From Escherichia coli (GTDB taxonomy: Bacteria > Pseudomonadota > Gammaproteobacteria > Enterobacterales > Enterobacteriaceae), in NCBI RefSeq assembly GCF_003019035.1, contig NZ_CP027447.1: a DNA stretch of 64,000 bases, one strand, 5' to 3'. Below are positions 34,892-44,407 of this stretch, one piece after another. Position 1 is the stretch's first letter, and each line of letters starts with the position of its first letter. The notes beneath the pieces were generated by a model, which had not been told where the DNA came from, did no database searches, and was given only the letters and a program-made list of their open reading frames with translations. A program made the position numbers and the translations under genes.

Positions 34892-35658
34892 TGCATCTTT
34901 ACTGGGTGGCGCTAAAAAGCATCTGGGCGAAAGAGATCCATCGCTTTATGCGTATCTGGGTGCAGACGCTGGTGCCACCGGTCATCACCATGACCCTTTA
35001 TTTTATTATCTTCGGTAACCTGATTGGTTCGCGCATCGGCGATATGCATGGCTTCAGCTATATGCAGTTCATCGTGCCGGGGCTGATCATGATGTCGGTA
35101 ATCACCAATGCCTACGCCAACGTCGCTTCATCATTTTTTGGTGCCAAGTTCCAGCGTAATATTGAAGAGCTGCTGGTAGCGCCGGTTCCGACTCATGTCA
35201 TTATTGCCGGATATGTCGGTGGTGGCGTGGCGCGTGGTCTGCTTGTTGGCATGCTGGTGACAGCAATTTCGCTGTTCTTTGTGCCGTTTCAGGTGCATTC
35301 GTGGGTATTCGTTGCCTTAACCCTGGTGCTCACTGCGGTGCTATTCTCCCTTGCGGGTTTGCTGAACGGCGTGTTTGCCAAAACGTTCGATGACATCAGC
35401 CTGGTGCCAACCTTTGTGTTAACGCCACTTACGTATTTGGGCGGGGTCTTTTACTCCCTGACTTTGCTGCCGCCGTTCTGGCAGGGACTGTCGCACCTGA
35501 ACCCGATCGTTTATATGATCAGTGGTTTCCGCTACGGCTTCCTCGGTATCAATGATGTTCCGCTGGTCACTACCTTTGGCGTACTGGTGGTCTTTATTGT
35601 GGCGTTTTATTTGATCTGTTGGTCGCTGATCCAACGTGGACGTGGTTTGCGTAGCTAA
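34888..35658 (+). CDS. yadH: ABC-2 type transporter permease YadH
   Basis: 256-aa hydrophobic ORF; ATG overlaps yadG stop (ATGA). Confidence 0.93.
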   Translation: MMHLYWVALKSIWAKEIHRFMRIWVQTLVPPVITMTLYFIIFGNLIGSRIGDMHGFSYMQFIVPGLIMMSVITNAYANVASSFFGAKFQRNIEELLVAPVPTHVIIAGYVGGGVARGLLVGMLVTAISLFFVPFQVHSWVFVALTLVLTAVLFSLAGLLNGVFAKTFDDISLVPTFVLTPLTYLGGVFYSLTLLPPFWQGLSHLNPIVYMISGFRYGFLGINDVPLVTTFGVLVVFIVAFYLICWSLIQRGRGLRS

Positions 35659-35664
35659 GGCTAT

Positions 35665-35698
35665 TTCCTCTCCTCTGGATTTGGGGGAGAGGAGTTTT
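35665..35698 (+). terminator. Terminator-like hairpin after yadH
   Basis: cctctcc...ggagagg stem followed by GTTTTGA. Confidence 0.5.
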
Positions 35699-35762
35699 GA
35701 CGGCTATCACCCTTTATCAACAATGGTCAGGGTAGACTGATTTTCGGCTAAGGAGGAAGGCG

Positions 35763-36203
35763 ATGTTAGGTTGGGTAATTACCTGTCACGATGACCGGGC
35801 GCAAGAGATACTGGATGCGCTGGAGAAAAAACATGGGGCACTTCTTCAGTGCCGGGCCGTGAATTTCTGGCGCGGATTAAGCTCTAATATGCTCAGCCGC
35901 ATGATGTGCGATGCTCTGCATGAAGCGGACTCTGGTGAAGGTGTCATCTTCTTAACCGATATAGCCGGAGCGCCACCGTACCGCGTGGCTTCGCTATTAA
36001 GCCATAAACATTCCCGCTGCGAAGTGATTTCTGGCGTCACGTTACCGTTAATTGAGCAGATGCTGGCCTACCGTGAAACGTTATCCAGCGCAGAGTTTCG
36101 CGAGCGTATTGTCGAACTGGGTGCGCCGGAGGTGAGTAGTCTTTGGCACCAGCAACAAAAAAATCCGCCTTTCGTCCTCAAACATAATTTGTATGAGTAT
36201 TAA
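35763..36203 (+). CDS. yadI: PTS EIIA(Man)-like protein YadI
   Basis: 146-aa ORF recognised as YadI (mannose-family EIIA fold). Confidence 0.88.
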   Translation: MLGWVITCHDDRAQEILDALEKKHGALLQCRAVNFWRGLSSNMLSRMMCDALHEADSGEGVIFLTDIAGAPPYRVASLLSHKHSRCEVISGVTLPLIEQMLAYRETLSSAEFRERIVELGAPEVSSLWHQQQKNPPFVLKHNLYEY

Positions 36204-36266
36204 CCCGCGATTCTGATGGCGCTTTTGCTACAATAAAAGCGTTGTTTCACCCTCGGTTATTTTTTC

Positions 36267-37496
36267 ATGTACAAACAAGCTGTTATTCTCCTGCTGATGC
36301 TGTTTACCGCAAGCGTCAGTGCCGCATTACCTGCCCGTTATATGCAAACCATCGAAAATGCCGCGGTCTGGGCGCAAATTGGCGACAAGATGGTGACCGT
36401 GGGGAATATTCGGGCCGGGCAAATCATTGCCGTGGAGCCCACTGACGCAAGTTATTACGCATTTAATTTTGGCTTTGGTAAAGGGTTTATCGATAAAGGG
36501 CATCTCGAGCCGGTTCAGGGGCGACAAAAAGTTGAAGATGGTTTGGGTGACCTCAACAAGCCGCTGAGTAATCAGAACTTAATTACCTGGAAAGATACGC
36601 CGGTCTACAACGCGCCGAGTGCGGGCAGTGCGCCGTTTGGGGTACTGGCGGACAATTTGCGCTACCCAATTTTGCATAAACTGAAAGACAGGTTAAATCA
36701 AACCTGGTATCAGGTCCGTATTGGCGATCGACTGGCCTATATCAGTGCGCTGGATGCCCAACCCGATAATGGCCTGCCGGTGCTAACCTATCACCATATT
36801 CTGCGCGACGAAGAAAACACCCGTTTTCGCCATACTTCGACGACCACCTCGGTACGCGCTTTCAATAACCAGATGGCCTGGCTGCGCGACAGGGGATACG
36901 CGACACTGAGCATGGCGCAACTGGAAGGTTACGTGAAGAATAAGATCAACCTCCCTGCGCGAGCGGTGGTGATTACCTTTGATGATGGCCTAAAGTCGGT
37001 GAGCCGCTATGCGTATCCTGTGTTGAAACAATATGGTATGAAGGCGACGGCGTTTATTGTTACCTCGCGCATCAAACGTCACCCGCAGAAGTGGGACCCA
37101 AAATCGCTGCAATTTATGAGCGTTTCTGAACTTAACGAAATTCGCGATGTATTTGATTTCCAGTCACATACCCATTTTTTGCATCGGGTGGATGGTTATC
37201 GCCGACCCATATTACTGAGCCGTAGTGAGCACAATATTCTGTTTGATTTTGCACGTTCACGCCGCGCTCTGGCGCAATTTAATCCGCATGTCTGGTATCT
37301 TTCGTATCCGTTTGGCGGATTTAATGACAAAGCCGTGAAGGCAGCAAAAGAAGCCGGATTTCACCTGGCGGTGACAACCATGAAAGGCAAAGTAAAACCG
37401 GGGGATAATCCGTTGTTACTAAAACGACTTTATATCTTAAGAACGGATTCGCTGGAGACGATGTCGCGGCTGGTGAGTAACCAGCCGCAGGGATAA
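36267..37496 (+). CDS. yadE: Polysaccharide deacetylase family protein YadE (signal peptide)
   Basis: 409-aa ORF with N-terminal signal sequence and NodB-type deacetylase region (VITFDDG). Confidence 0.9.
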   Translation: MYKQAVILLLMLFTASVSAALPARYMQTIENAAVWAQIGDKMVTVGNIRAGQIIAVEPTDASYYAFNFGFGKGFIDKGHLEPVQGRQKVEDGLGDLNKPLSNQNLITWKDTPVYNAPSAGSAPFGVLADNLRYPILHKLKDRLNQTWYQVRIGDRLAYISALDAQPDNGLPVLTYHHILRDEENTRFRHTSTTTSVRAFNNQMAWLRDRGYATLSMAQLEGYVKNKINLPARAVVITFDDGLKSVSRYAYPVLKQYGMKATAFIVTSRIKRHPQKWDPKSLQFMSVSELNEIRDVFDFQSHTHFLHRVDGYRRPILLSRSEHNILFDFARSRRALAQFNPHVWYLSYPFGGFNDKAVKAAKEAGFHLAVTTMKGKVKPGDNPLLLKRLYILRTDSLETMSRLVSNQPQG

Positions 37497-37499
37497 CAA

Positions 37500-37880
37500 T
37501 CAGGCAACCTGTACCGGAATCGCTTTCGCGGTACGTTTCATTTCATTGTCGCCTTCAAAATAGGCGACGTTGGGCCGCCAGGTGCGAGCTTCTTCATCTG
37601 GCATGGTAACGAAGCTGGCGATGATGATAATATCGCCGACGCTGGCGCAGTGGGCCGCCGCACCGTTAACAGAAATAATTCTCGAACCGCGTTCTGCCGC
37701 GATGGCATAAGTGGAGAAACGCTTGCCGTTGGTGACATTCCAGATATCAATGGCTTCGTTTTCGAGAATACCAGCTGCGTCAAGAAAATCCTGGTCAATG
37801 GCGCAAGAACCTTCATAGTGCAGGTCCGCATGAGTCACTTTCACGCGGTGGAGTTTGCCCTGCAGCATCGTGCGAATCAT
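37500..37880 (-). CDS. panD: Aspartate 1-decarboxylase proenzyme
   Basis: 126-aa ORF; self-processing site ...EGS-CAID; stop lies 3 nt from yadE stop. Confidence 0.96.
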   Translation of the reverse strand: MIRTMLQGKLHRVKVTHADLHYEGSCAIDQDFLDAAGILENEAIDIWNVTNGKRFSTYAIAAERGSRIISVNGAAAHCASVGDIIIIASFVTMPDEEARTWRPNVAYFEGDNEMKRTAKAIPVQVA

Positions 37881-38153
37881 AACTTCTACCTTTCTACCCT
37901 GTCGTTAACGAAGCAGGCGATGCCTGCTTTGAGGAAATTCTCACGCAGTATTGCCCGATTTTTGTTTAGTGTCTACTCATCTGACGGCATTTGCATCAGC
38001 AGTTTGCGTACCGTGCCGGAGCGTGCCATGTAACGCCTGTAACGAATTGATATTTCTCTGAACGCTGCTCGGTAAACACTAAAGAGGTGGCTGACGACGG
38101 CGCGCCTTGACTGGATACTGCCTTCACGCAAGACAACACGGAAGGCAGGGAAG

Positions 38154-39086
38154 ATGGATGCACCGAGTACCACACCGCATGATGCGGTATTTAAACAATT
38201 TTTAATGCATGCGGAAACGGCTCGCGACTTTCTGGATATTCATTTGCCAGCGGAGCTACGCGAACTGTGTGACCTCGACACGCTGCATCTTGAGTCGGGG
38301 AGTTTTATTGAGGAAAGCCTGAAAGGACACAGCACGGACGTACTCTATTCCGTGCAAATGCAGGGCAATCCCGGTTATTTGCATGTGGTGATTGAACATC
38401 AAAGCAAGCCGGATAAGAAAATGACCTTTCGCATGATGCGCTATGCCATTGCCGCCATGCACCGGCATCTGGAGGCGGATCACGATAAGCTGCCGCTGGT
38501 GGTGCCGATTCTGTTTTATCAGGGCGAGGCCACACCTTATCCGCTCTCAATGTGCTGGTTTGATATGTTTTACTCGCCGGAGCTGGCGCGACGCGTTTAC
38601 AACAACCCTTTCCCGCTGGTGGATATCACCATCACACCGGATGACGAAATCATGCAACATCGGCGGATTGCGATTCTCGAACTACTGCAAAAACATATTC
38701 GCCAGCGCGACTTAATGTTATTGCTGGAGCAACTGGTCACGCTGATTGACGAAGGGTACACTAGCGGAAGTCAGTTAGTTGCCATGCAAAACTATATGCT
38801 GCAACGCGGTCATACTGAACAAGCGGATTTGTTTTATGGTGTGCTGAGAGACAGGGAAACGGGAGGGGAGTCTATGATGACGCTGGCGCAGTGGTTTGAA
38901 GAGAGGGGAAGACAGGAGGAAAGGCAGGAGGTAAGACAGGAGGTAAGACAGGAGGTAATACAAGAGGTTAGACAGGAAGTAAGACAGGAATTCGCCCTGC
39001 GTTTTCTGAGTAAAGGGATGTCTCGGGAAGACGTTGCAGAGATGGCAAATTTACCTCTTGCTGAGGTTGATAAGCTGATTAGCTAA
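38154..39086 (+). CDS. rpnC: Recombination-promoting nuclease RpnC (YadD; PD-(D/E)XK, transposase_31 / YhgA-like family)
   Basis: 310-aa ORF; N-terminal nuclease region with candidate catalytic D62, E81, Q83 (TDVLYSV...VIEHQSK); C-terminal tail with (R/I)QEV repeats. Confidence 0.9.
   Translation: MDAPSTTPHDAVFKQFLMHAETARDFLDIHLPAELRELCDLDTLHLESGSFIEESLKGHSTDVLYSVQMQGNPGYLHVVIEHQSKPDKKMTFRMMRYAIAAMHRHLEADHDKLPLVVPILFYQGEATPYPLSMCWFDMFYSPELARRVYNNPFPLVDITITPDDEIMQHRRIAILELLQKHIRQRDLMLLLEQLVTLIDEGYTSGSQLVAMQNYMLQRGHTEQADLFYGVLRDRETGGESMMTLAQWFEERGRQEERQEVRQEVRQEVIQEVRQEVRQEFALRFLSKGMSREDVAEMANLPLAEVDKLIS
38874..39086 (+). CDS. Putative intragenic small protein (RpnS-like antitoxin) from internal in-frame start within rpnC
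   Basis: Strong internal SD gggaggggag 4-13 nt upstream of in-frame ATGATG at 38874; would yield a 70-aa protein equal to the RpnC C-terminal tail. Confidence 0.5.
   Translation: MMTLAQWFEERGRQEERQEVRQEVRQEVIQEVRQEVRQEFALRFLSKGMSREDVAEMANLPLAEVDKLIS
38910..38990 (+). repeat. 12-nt tandem codon repeat (AGACAGGAGGTA-like, about 7 units) in rpnC tail
   Basis: AGACAGGAGGAA AGGCAGGAGGTA AGACAGGAGGTA AGACAGGAGGTA ATACAAGAGGTT AGACAGGAAGTA AGACAGGAA read directly; encodes RQEE/RQEV repeats. Confidence 0.9.
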
Positions 39087-39154
39087 GTTATCTGCATTAT
39101 CAGTTATAGCCAGATAATTGTTATTGTTAACTGACCAGATAATCAAGGGAACAT

Positions 39155-39388
39155 ATGGAAATAAAGACACGGAGAGAAACCAGGCAGACGTTAGCGCAGT
39201 GGTTTGAAGAGAAGGGATTTCAGAAGGCGTATCAGGAGGCGTTTCAGAAGGGATATCAAGAGGAACTCCAGAAGGTAAGACAGGAATTCGCCCAGCGTTT
39301 TCTAAGTAAAGGGATGTCTCGGGAAGACGTTGCAGAGGTGACAACTTTACCTCTTACAGAGATTGATAAGCTAATTAACTCTAACTAA
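39155..39388 (+). CDS. Stand-alone Rpn C-terminal tail-domain paralog (77 aa), putative RpnS-like protein or tail cassette
   Basis: RBS aaggga 6 nt upstream of ATG; product MEIKTRRETRQTLAQWFEE...EFAQRFLSKGMSREDVAEVTTLPLTEIDKLINSN parallels the RpnC tail TLAQWFEE...EFALRFLSKGMSREDVAEMANLPLAEVDKLIS; about 90% nucleotide identity over 39275-39382 versus 38979-39086. Confidence 0.6.
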   Translation: MEIKTRRETRQTLAQWFEEKGFQKAYQEAFQKGYQEELQKVRQEFAQRFLSKGMSREDVAEVTTLPLTEIDKLINSN

Positions 39389-39483
39389 ATTGCCAGCGAT
39401 ATGAATAATCACTTACAGACGTCATCGCCATGACGTAGGGCAAATGAATAACTGGCGCCATTAGCCGTAGCGCCAGTTAAGTA

Positions 39484-40335
39484 TTACGCCAGCTCGACCA
39501 TTTTGTTGTCGATCAGGCGAGCATCGCCAAGCCAGGCGGCTACCAGAATCACCGCTCGTTTGCTGTTTTCAGAGATTTCCAGCAAGGTGTCGGCATCGCG
39601 AATCTGAATATCATCGGAACGGAAACCTTTTTCATTCAGTTCTTGCCCGGCAATAGCAATAATTTCATCGAGATCCCGTTCGCCAGCCTGCAATTTGTCG
39701 GCAATTGAACTTAAGACTTTGTAGAGACCCGGCGCAATTTTACGTTGTTCCGCCGTCAGATAGCCGTTACGGGAACTGAGCGCCAGACCGTCTTTCGCGC
39801 GCATAATCGGCACTCCGACAATCTCAATATCGAAGCCCATATCGGCAACCATTTTGCGGATCAGTGCCAGTTGCTGAAAATCCTTTTCACCGAAGCAGGC
39901 GATGTCCGGCTGGACCAGGTTGAACAGTTTGCTGACAATAGTCGAAACGCCGCGAAAATGTCCCGGACGGCTGGCACCTTCCAGCATGGTGGAAAGACCA
40001 GGAACATCAACATAGGTGTGGGTTTCAGTACCGTTCGGGTAGATCTCTTTTACCGAAGGCGCGAAAACTAAATCCACTTTACGTTTGTTCAGCTTTTCGC
40101 AGTCCTCTTGCAAGGTCCGTGGATAACGTGCCAGATCTTCCGGGCGGTCAAACTGCATTGGGTTAACGAAAATACTGACGACGACCACATCGGCGCGGGC
40201 TTTGGCTTCGTCGACCAGCTTCATATGGCCGTCGTGCAGGTTACCCATGGTGGGCACCAGCGCCACGCGCTTACCTTCCATACGCAGGCGGCGGATTTGC
40301 TGACGCAGCAGCGGCAGGGTTTCGATAATTAACAC
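39484..40335 (-). CDS. panC: Pantothenate synthetase
   Basis: 283-aa ORF; HIGH-like motif [10 protein letters not shown]. Confidence 0.96.
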   Translation of the reverse strand: MLIIETLPLLRQQIRRLRMEGKRVALVPTMGNLHDGHMKLVDEAKARADVVVVSIFVNPMQFDRPEDLARYPRTLQEDCEKLNKRKVDLVFAPSVKEIYPNGTETHTYVDVPGLSTMLEGASRPGHFRGVSTIVSKLFNLVQPDIACFGEKDFQQLALIRKMVADMGFDIEIVGVPIMRAKDGLALSSRNGYLTAEQRKIAPGLYKVLSSIADKLQAGERDLDEIIAIAGQELNEKGFRSDDIQIRDADTLLEISENSKRAVILVAAWLGDARLIDNKMVELA

Positions 40336-40346
40336 AACGTCACTCC

Positions 40347-41141
40347 TTAATGGAAACTGTGTTCTTCGCCCGGGTAAACGCCGGACTCCACTTCAGCCAT
40401 ATACTGCCGCACAGCCGCGCGGATGTCGCCCGTTTCGGCGAGGAAATTTTTGGCGAATTTAGGAATATGACCGCCGGTAATGCCGAACGCGTCGTGCATC
40501 ACGAGGATTTGCCCGTCAGTGACGTTGCCTGCGCCAATACCGATAACCGGGATCGCCAGTGCTTCGGTAATGCGTTTTGCCAGCTCAACCGGCACGCACT
40601 CCAGTACCAGCAGTTGTGCCCCAGCAGCTTCTAATGCCAATGCATCGCTGAGCAGTCGATCGCCCGCTTCATCGCCGCGCCCCTGGACTTTGTAGCCACC
40701 GAAAATATTTACTGACTGTGGGGTTAGGCCTAAATGACCACAAACTGGAACGGCACGTTCGGTCAGCATTTGTACGGTTTCTACCAGCCACTCACCGCCT
40801 TCAATTTTGACCATGTTGGCTCCGGCACGCATTACCGTTGCGGCGTTTTCAAAGGCTTGTTCCGGCGTGGCATACGCCATAAATGGCAGGTCAGCCAGCA
40901 GAAGGCTGTTTGGCGCGCCGCGACGCACAGCGGCGGTGTGATAGGCGATATCGGCAACGGTAACCGGTAGCGTGGAGTCATGCCCCTGAACCGTCATCCC
41001 TAACGAATCGCCTACCAGCATGACGTTAAGTCCTTCTTCGGCAAACAGTTTCGCGAAGCTGTAGTCGTAAGCGGTGATGGTCGCGAAGCGTTTTTTTTCT
41101 TGCTTACATTTCTGAAGTGAAGCAATGGTGGTTGGTTTCAT
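40347..41141 (-). CDS. panB: 3-methyl-2-oxobutanoate hydroxymethyltransferase
   Basis: 264-aa ORF recognised as PanB; 11-bp gap to panC. Confidence 0.96.
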   Translation of the reverse strand: MKPTTIASLQKCKQEKKRFATITAYDYSFAKLFAEEGLNVMLVGDSLGMTVQGHDSTLPVTVADIAYHTAAVRRGAPNSLLLADLPFMAYATPEQAFENAATVMRAGANMVKIEGGEWLVETVQMLTERAVPVCGHLGLTPQSVNIFGGYKVQGRGDEAGDRLLSDALALEAAGAQLLVLECVPVELAKRITEALAIPVIGIGAGNVTDGQILVMHDAFGITGGHIPKFAKNFLAETGDIRAAVRQYMAEVESGVYPGEEHSFH

Positions 41142-41253
41142 AACGAATCCTGATAAATGATGTTGTGCTGTCTCGCATTTTATCAGTCACATTGGTGGGG
41201 GCAATGATTTCTCTGTTGTGGCACCGCCATTACCAGACGGCACCACAATGTTA

Positions 41254-42525
41254 TCAGGGATAGGTAACCTGGAAAGTACTGGTGGCTTTAAATTCGCCGG
41301 GTTCAATAGCAATATTCCCGTCTTGTTTTAATGTAGCCTGGAAATGAAGTGGATACGTTATACCGTCATCTTCCGGGTAAATCGCATCTGAATCGTTATT
41401 CTGCGTCTGGCCCGTATTATCTTTATAAACAGAAGTTGAATCATTAGGTTTCAGTATCATGAGGGCACTTTTACTGTTTGCTAATCCTTCAATCAATACC
41501 CCAACGCCTTTTGCTGCGCCATTTCCTGTGAGAGTGTTACCAAGGAGTTGCCTGTTTTCAGTACCAACCTTTGTTGAAACTAATTTTGTCTCGATATTAG
41601 TCACACGAACGCAGTTTTGAAGTGAAATATCAAAAGGAACCGGTGTGGCACCGTTTCTTATTTGTGCTTCACTATACTCGCCCATTTTTACCGTAGAACC
41701 AGTAACAGATGTTCCACTTAACATAGCTGTAAAACAAGTGGGATTACTTAATTTAATATTTAGTAGGTCAAAATCAACTCGAAGAAAATAGCTGTGTTCG
41801 TTAATGCCGATACCAGCACCATAAGCTTTAAATGAATATAAATAGTTTGATGAGCGCGATAATGAAACTTGTTGAGTTACTGTTGGATCAAAGTTGGTAT
41901 CTGTATAAAATTCGATGGTAAGATTTTGATAAATACCGCCTACAGCCCAATATTTGCTGGATGTGTTGGCATTGTTACAACTTTGGTATAATATGCTTTC
42001 GCTTGGGTTGTACCATGAAAAATATTGTTCTGCAGAATCACCAATATATATTCCTGGTGAACTAACGTTAGTTACAGTACCGTAAGCTGACCACATATTT
42101 GAAATTAATATTGTATAATACAAACCGGGAACAGATGTATTGAATAGTTTATGGTTACCATATCTTTTTCCAGAGTCAACCATTGCATTTTCGATACGCA
42201 TTGCCCCGCCACTGGTGTTATTGCTTCTGTTACAATAAAGAAAGCCTCCGCCAGAAGCAGTATCTAACTGACTCCAATGTAATTTCACCCCTGTTGGACC
42301 CAGTTGTGTTGGTTTATAAAATACTAAATTATTTGTACTGGTACCATACCTGAACACGACTGTCACATCTCCATTTGGCCCGGTTTCTCTCCATTTTTGA
42401 TCTGACGGACCAACGCCGTAGTTATTCCCAACAACATATCCTACGAAATCATCAGTGCCAGCACTCGCGGTATAACAACTCAAGCACAGAATTAAAAAAA
42501 GAAAATATCTGAAGAATGTCTTCAT
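41254..42525 (-). CDS. yadC: Fimbrial tip adhesin-like protein YadC
   Basis: Start at [22 protein letters not shown] (signal peptide); last gene of the yad chaperone-usher operon; length differs slightly from what I recall for K-12. Confidence 0.85.
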   Translation of the reverse strand: MKTFFRYFLFLILCLSCYTASAGTDDFVGYVVGNNYGVGPSDQKWRETGPNGDVTVVFRYGTSTNNLVFYKPTQLGPTGVKLHWSQLDTASGGGFLYCNRSNNTSGGAMRIENAMVDSGKRYGNHKLFNTSVPGLYYTILISNMWSAYGTVTNVSSPGIYIGDSAEQYFSWYNPSESILYQSCNNANTSSKYWAVGGIYQNLTIEFYTDTNFDPTVTQQVSLSRSSNYLYSFKAYGAGIGINEHSYFLRVDFDLLNIKLSNPTCFTAMLSGTSVTGSTVKMGEYSEAQIRNGATPVPFDISLQNCVRVTNIETKLVSTKVGTENRQLLGNTLTGNGAAKGVGVLIEGLANSKSALMILKPNDSTSVYKDNTGQTQNNDSDAIYPEDDGITYPLHFQATLKQDGNIAIEPGEFKATSTFQVTYP

Positions 42526-42578
42526 TTTCACTCCACCATCCACTGCTGTAATAGTCGCAGTAATTTGTTTTTGGTATG

Positions 42579-43175
42579 TTACTCGTAGTAAATATCAATT
42601 AATACATGGCTTATGATTTGGCCGGGCATGACATTTAATACAGGGTTGATTTTTTGCATCCGTGTATAGAATTTCCAGGATGAATTGTTTAAATCAGCAG
42701 TCATCACCGGATAAATTGAACGAGAACTGCCCGCTGGGGTAAGAACATTAAATATATTAGCCGGGTCCTGAGTGGAAAATATTACTACACCTACGTTTTG
42801 AGCGCCGGCGACATTTTCATTTGCAAAAATTTGCTGAGAGCCTGTCGCCATCACGCCATTAAGCGGTTTAAAGTTAATATGTAACTGATTTAACACATTT
42901 CCAGAACCCTGGATGGCGCAGTCAGTCACAGTGATAGTGAACTCTCTCCCACCCGGATAATCATCTTCAGGTGCGACGTTACCAGAAAAATAATCCACAC
43001 CAACCACACCAAGGTCGATATTACCAAGGTTACTGAGGCCACTTTTACATGTACTGTTCTTGATATTGGCAACCATATCCACATCCAGCCCTGCATATAC
43101 AGGACTGGATGTGGCAAACAATAATGCCAGGAACAGACTTGTTTTTATCTTAATTTTTAGTTGAGAGGAAAGCAT
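42579..43175 (-). CDS. yadK: Fimbrial-like subunit YadK
   Basis: 198-aa ORF with signal peptide and fimbrial subunit C-terminal beta-strand. Confidence 0.88.
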   Translation of the reverse strand: MLSSQLKIKIKTSLFLALLFATSSPVYAGLDVDMVANIKNSTCKSGLSNLGNIDLGVVGVDYFSGNVAPEDDYPGGREFTITVTDCAIQGSGNVLNQLHINFKPLNGVMATGSQQIFANENVAGAQNVGVVIFSTQDPANIFNVLTPAGSSRSIYPVMTADLNNSSWKFYTRMQKINPVLNVMPGQIISHVLIDIYYE

Positions 43176-43201
43176 AATCGGTCCCTGACTTTAATGGCCT
43201 G

Positions 43202-43807
43202 TTAGTTATAGGTGATAGAAAATGTTGCAGGTGCGGAAAACGGACCGGCAGTGATGTCGGTTTTGCTTTTATTTTTCTCTACCACCAGGCGTGCACTCAT
43301 AGGATGATATACTGACGTAGTTCCTGTTGCAGTGGAGATATTCACTTCCTGAGCGACTGGTGTTACGCAGCTAAATTGAGTCTTGCCGTCTGTACCAGGT
43401 GTCGTGGTATTCCATACTTCAACCGCAACAGCATTTGCTTTATCAGCAGCGGCGGAGCCGTTTGCAAAACCAGGCCCATCGTTGGCTGCTCCTTCACAAG
43501 TTGCGCGTTTAGTTAATTTTACGAGTGCTTTTTTATTAGGAATACCAGCACAATCCTTAAACTGTAACTTAAATATTTTAATTTTTGTTTTGGCATCAAT
43601 TTCAGGAATGTAAGCATCCCCAAATGCAATAACAGAAATAGGCTGATCATTGTCATCCACCAGGCTGGCGGTACAGGTTCCCGTCTCTACGGTTGCTTTA
43701 ACATTCAGCTTAACGCTATCGGTAGCTGCAAACAATTGGCTGGTGAATAGGGATGCCGCAAAAAAAACACCAGCGGGTAGTCCATAACATAATGTTTTAG
43801 ATTTCAT
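43202..43807 (-). CDS. yadL: Fimbrial-like subunit YadL
   Basis: Start at MKSKTLCYGLPAGVFFAASLFTSQLFA; 201 aa. Confidence 0.85.
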   Translation of the reverse strand: MKSKTLCYGLPAGVFFAASLFTSQLFAATDSVKLNVKATVETGTCTASLVDDNDQPISVIAFGDAYIPEIDAKTKIKIFKLQFKDCAGIPNKKALVKLTKRATCEGAANDGPGFANGSAAADKANAVAVEVWNTTTPGTDGKTQFSCVTPVAQEVNISTATGTTSVYHPMSARLVVEKNKSKTDITAGPFSAPATFSITYN

Positions 43808-43821
43808 TATTATCATCCCTG

Positions 43822-44388
43822 TTATTCATAAATGAAATTGAAAGTTGCCTGGGCGCGGAAATCGCCAGGAACACCACTGCCAGCCGTGGTTTCGCGCAGT
43901 GCAACGGTCAGTTCAAGAGTTTTGTCTGTATCACTAATTTCCCATGGAATAAAACTCGGCGCACTGTTTGGGATTAAGAATGTCGAATCATCTTCACCAA
44001 GTGCTTTTATACCCATACCAATATAATTAGTTGTTGATGTAGTGTCAGAAGAGAGTGGAACAATTAATGCGGGAGTAGTTCCGGAAGCATTCCCACTGAG
44101 CCTGGTATTGATTTTGCTGACGCCTGTGGTACAACCGCTGGCAACCAGATTAAAATTCGCCTGTGCTTGAGTCGTTTTATTTGCAATTTTGTCCAGACCA
44201 ATAGTTCCTGGGAAAGTTAATGTGTAGGTGTCACTCCCATCAGGGGTGACATTGTCGCCTGATAACGTAATGTTACAAGTTGATGCTTTTACGGTTGCTG
44301 TAAAATCAACATTAATGTCTGTTGCAAGTACAGAGGATGATAAAAATAATCCAGTCAGTATTGCCAATTTATGCAGTGTTATTCTCAT
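43822..44388 (-). CDS. yadM: Fimbrial-like subunit YadM
   Basis: Start at MRITLHKLAILTGLFLSSSVLA (signal peptide); upstream in-frame start at 44433 would overlap htrE. Confidence 0.82.
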   Translation of the reverse strand: MRITLHKLAILTGLFLSSSVLATDINVDFTATVKASTCNITLSGDNVTPDGSDTYTLTFPGTIGLDKIANKTTQAQANFNLVASGCTTGVSKINTRLSGNASGTTPALIVPLSSDTTSTTNYIGMGIKALGEDDSTFLIPNSAPSFIPWEISDTDKTLELTVALRETTAGSGVPGDFRAQATFNFIYE

Positions 44389-44407
44389 TATGTGAAATTC
44401 CCTGTTG

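Noticed and set aside
38910-38990. 12-nt repeats considered as CRISPR-like or a mobile-element terminal repeat
   Set aside because: Too short and perfectly in-frame within rpnC; they encode a peptide repeat
39051-39344. 97-aa minus-strand ORF overlapping the rpnC tail ORF region
   Set aside because: Antisense to the better-supported plus-strand tail-domain ORF, which has an RBS and clear similarity to the RpnC tail; no start-site signals of its own
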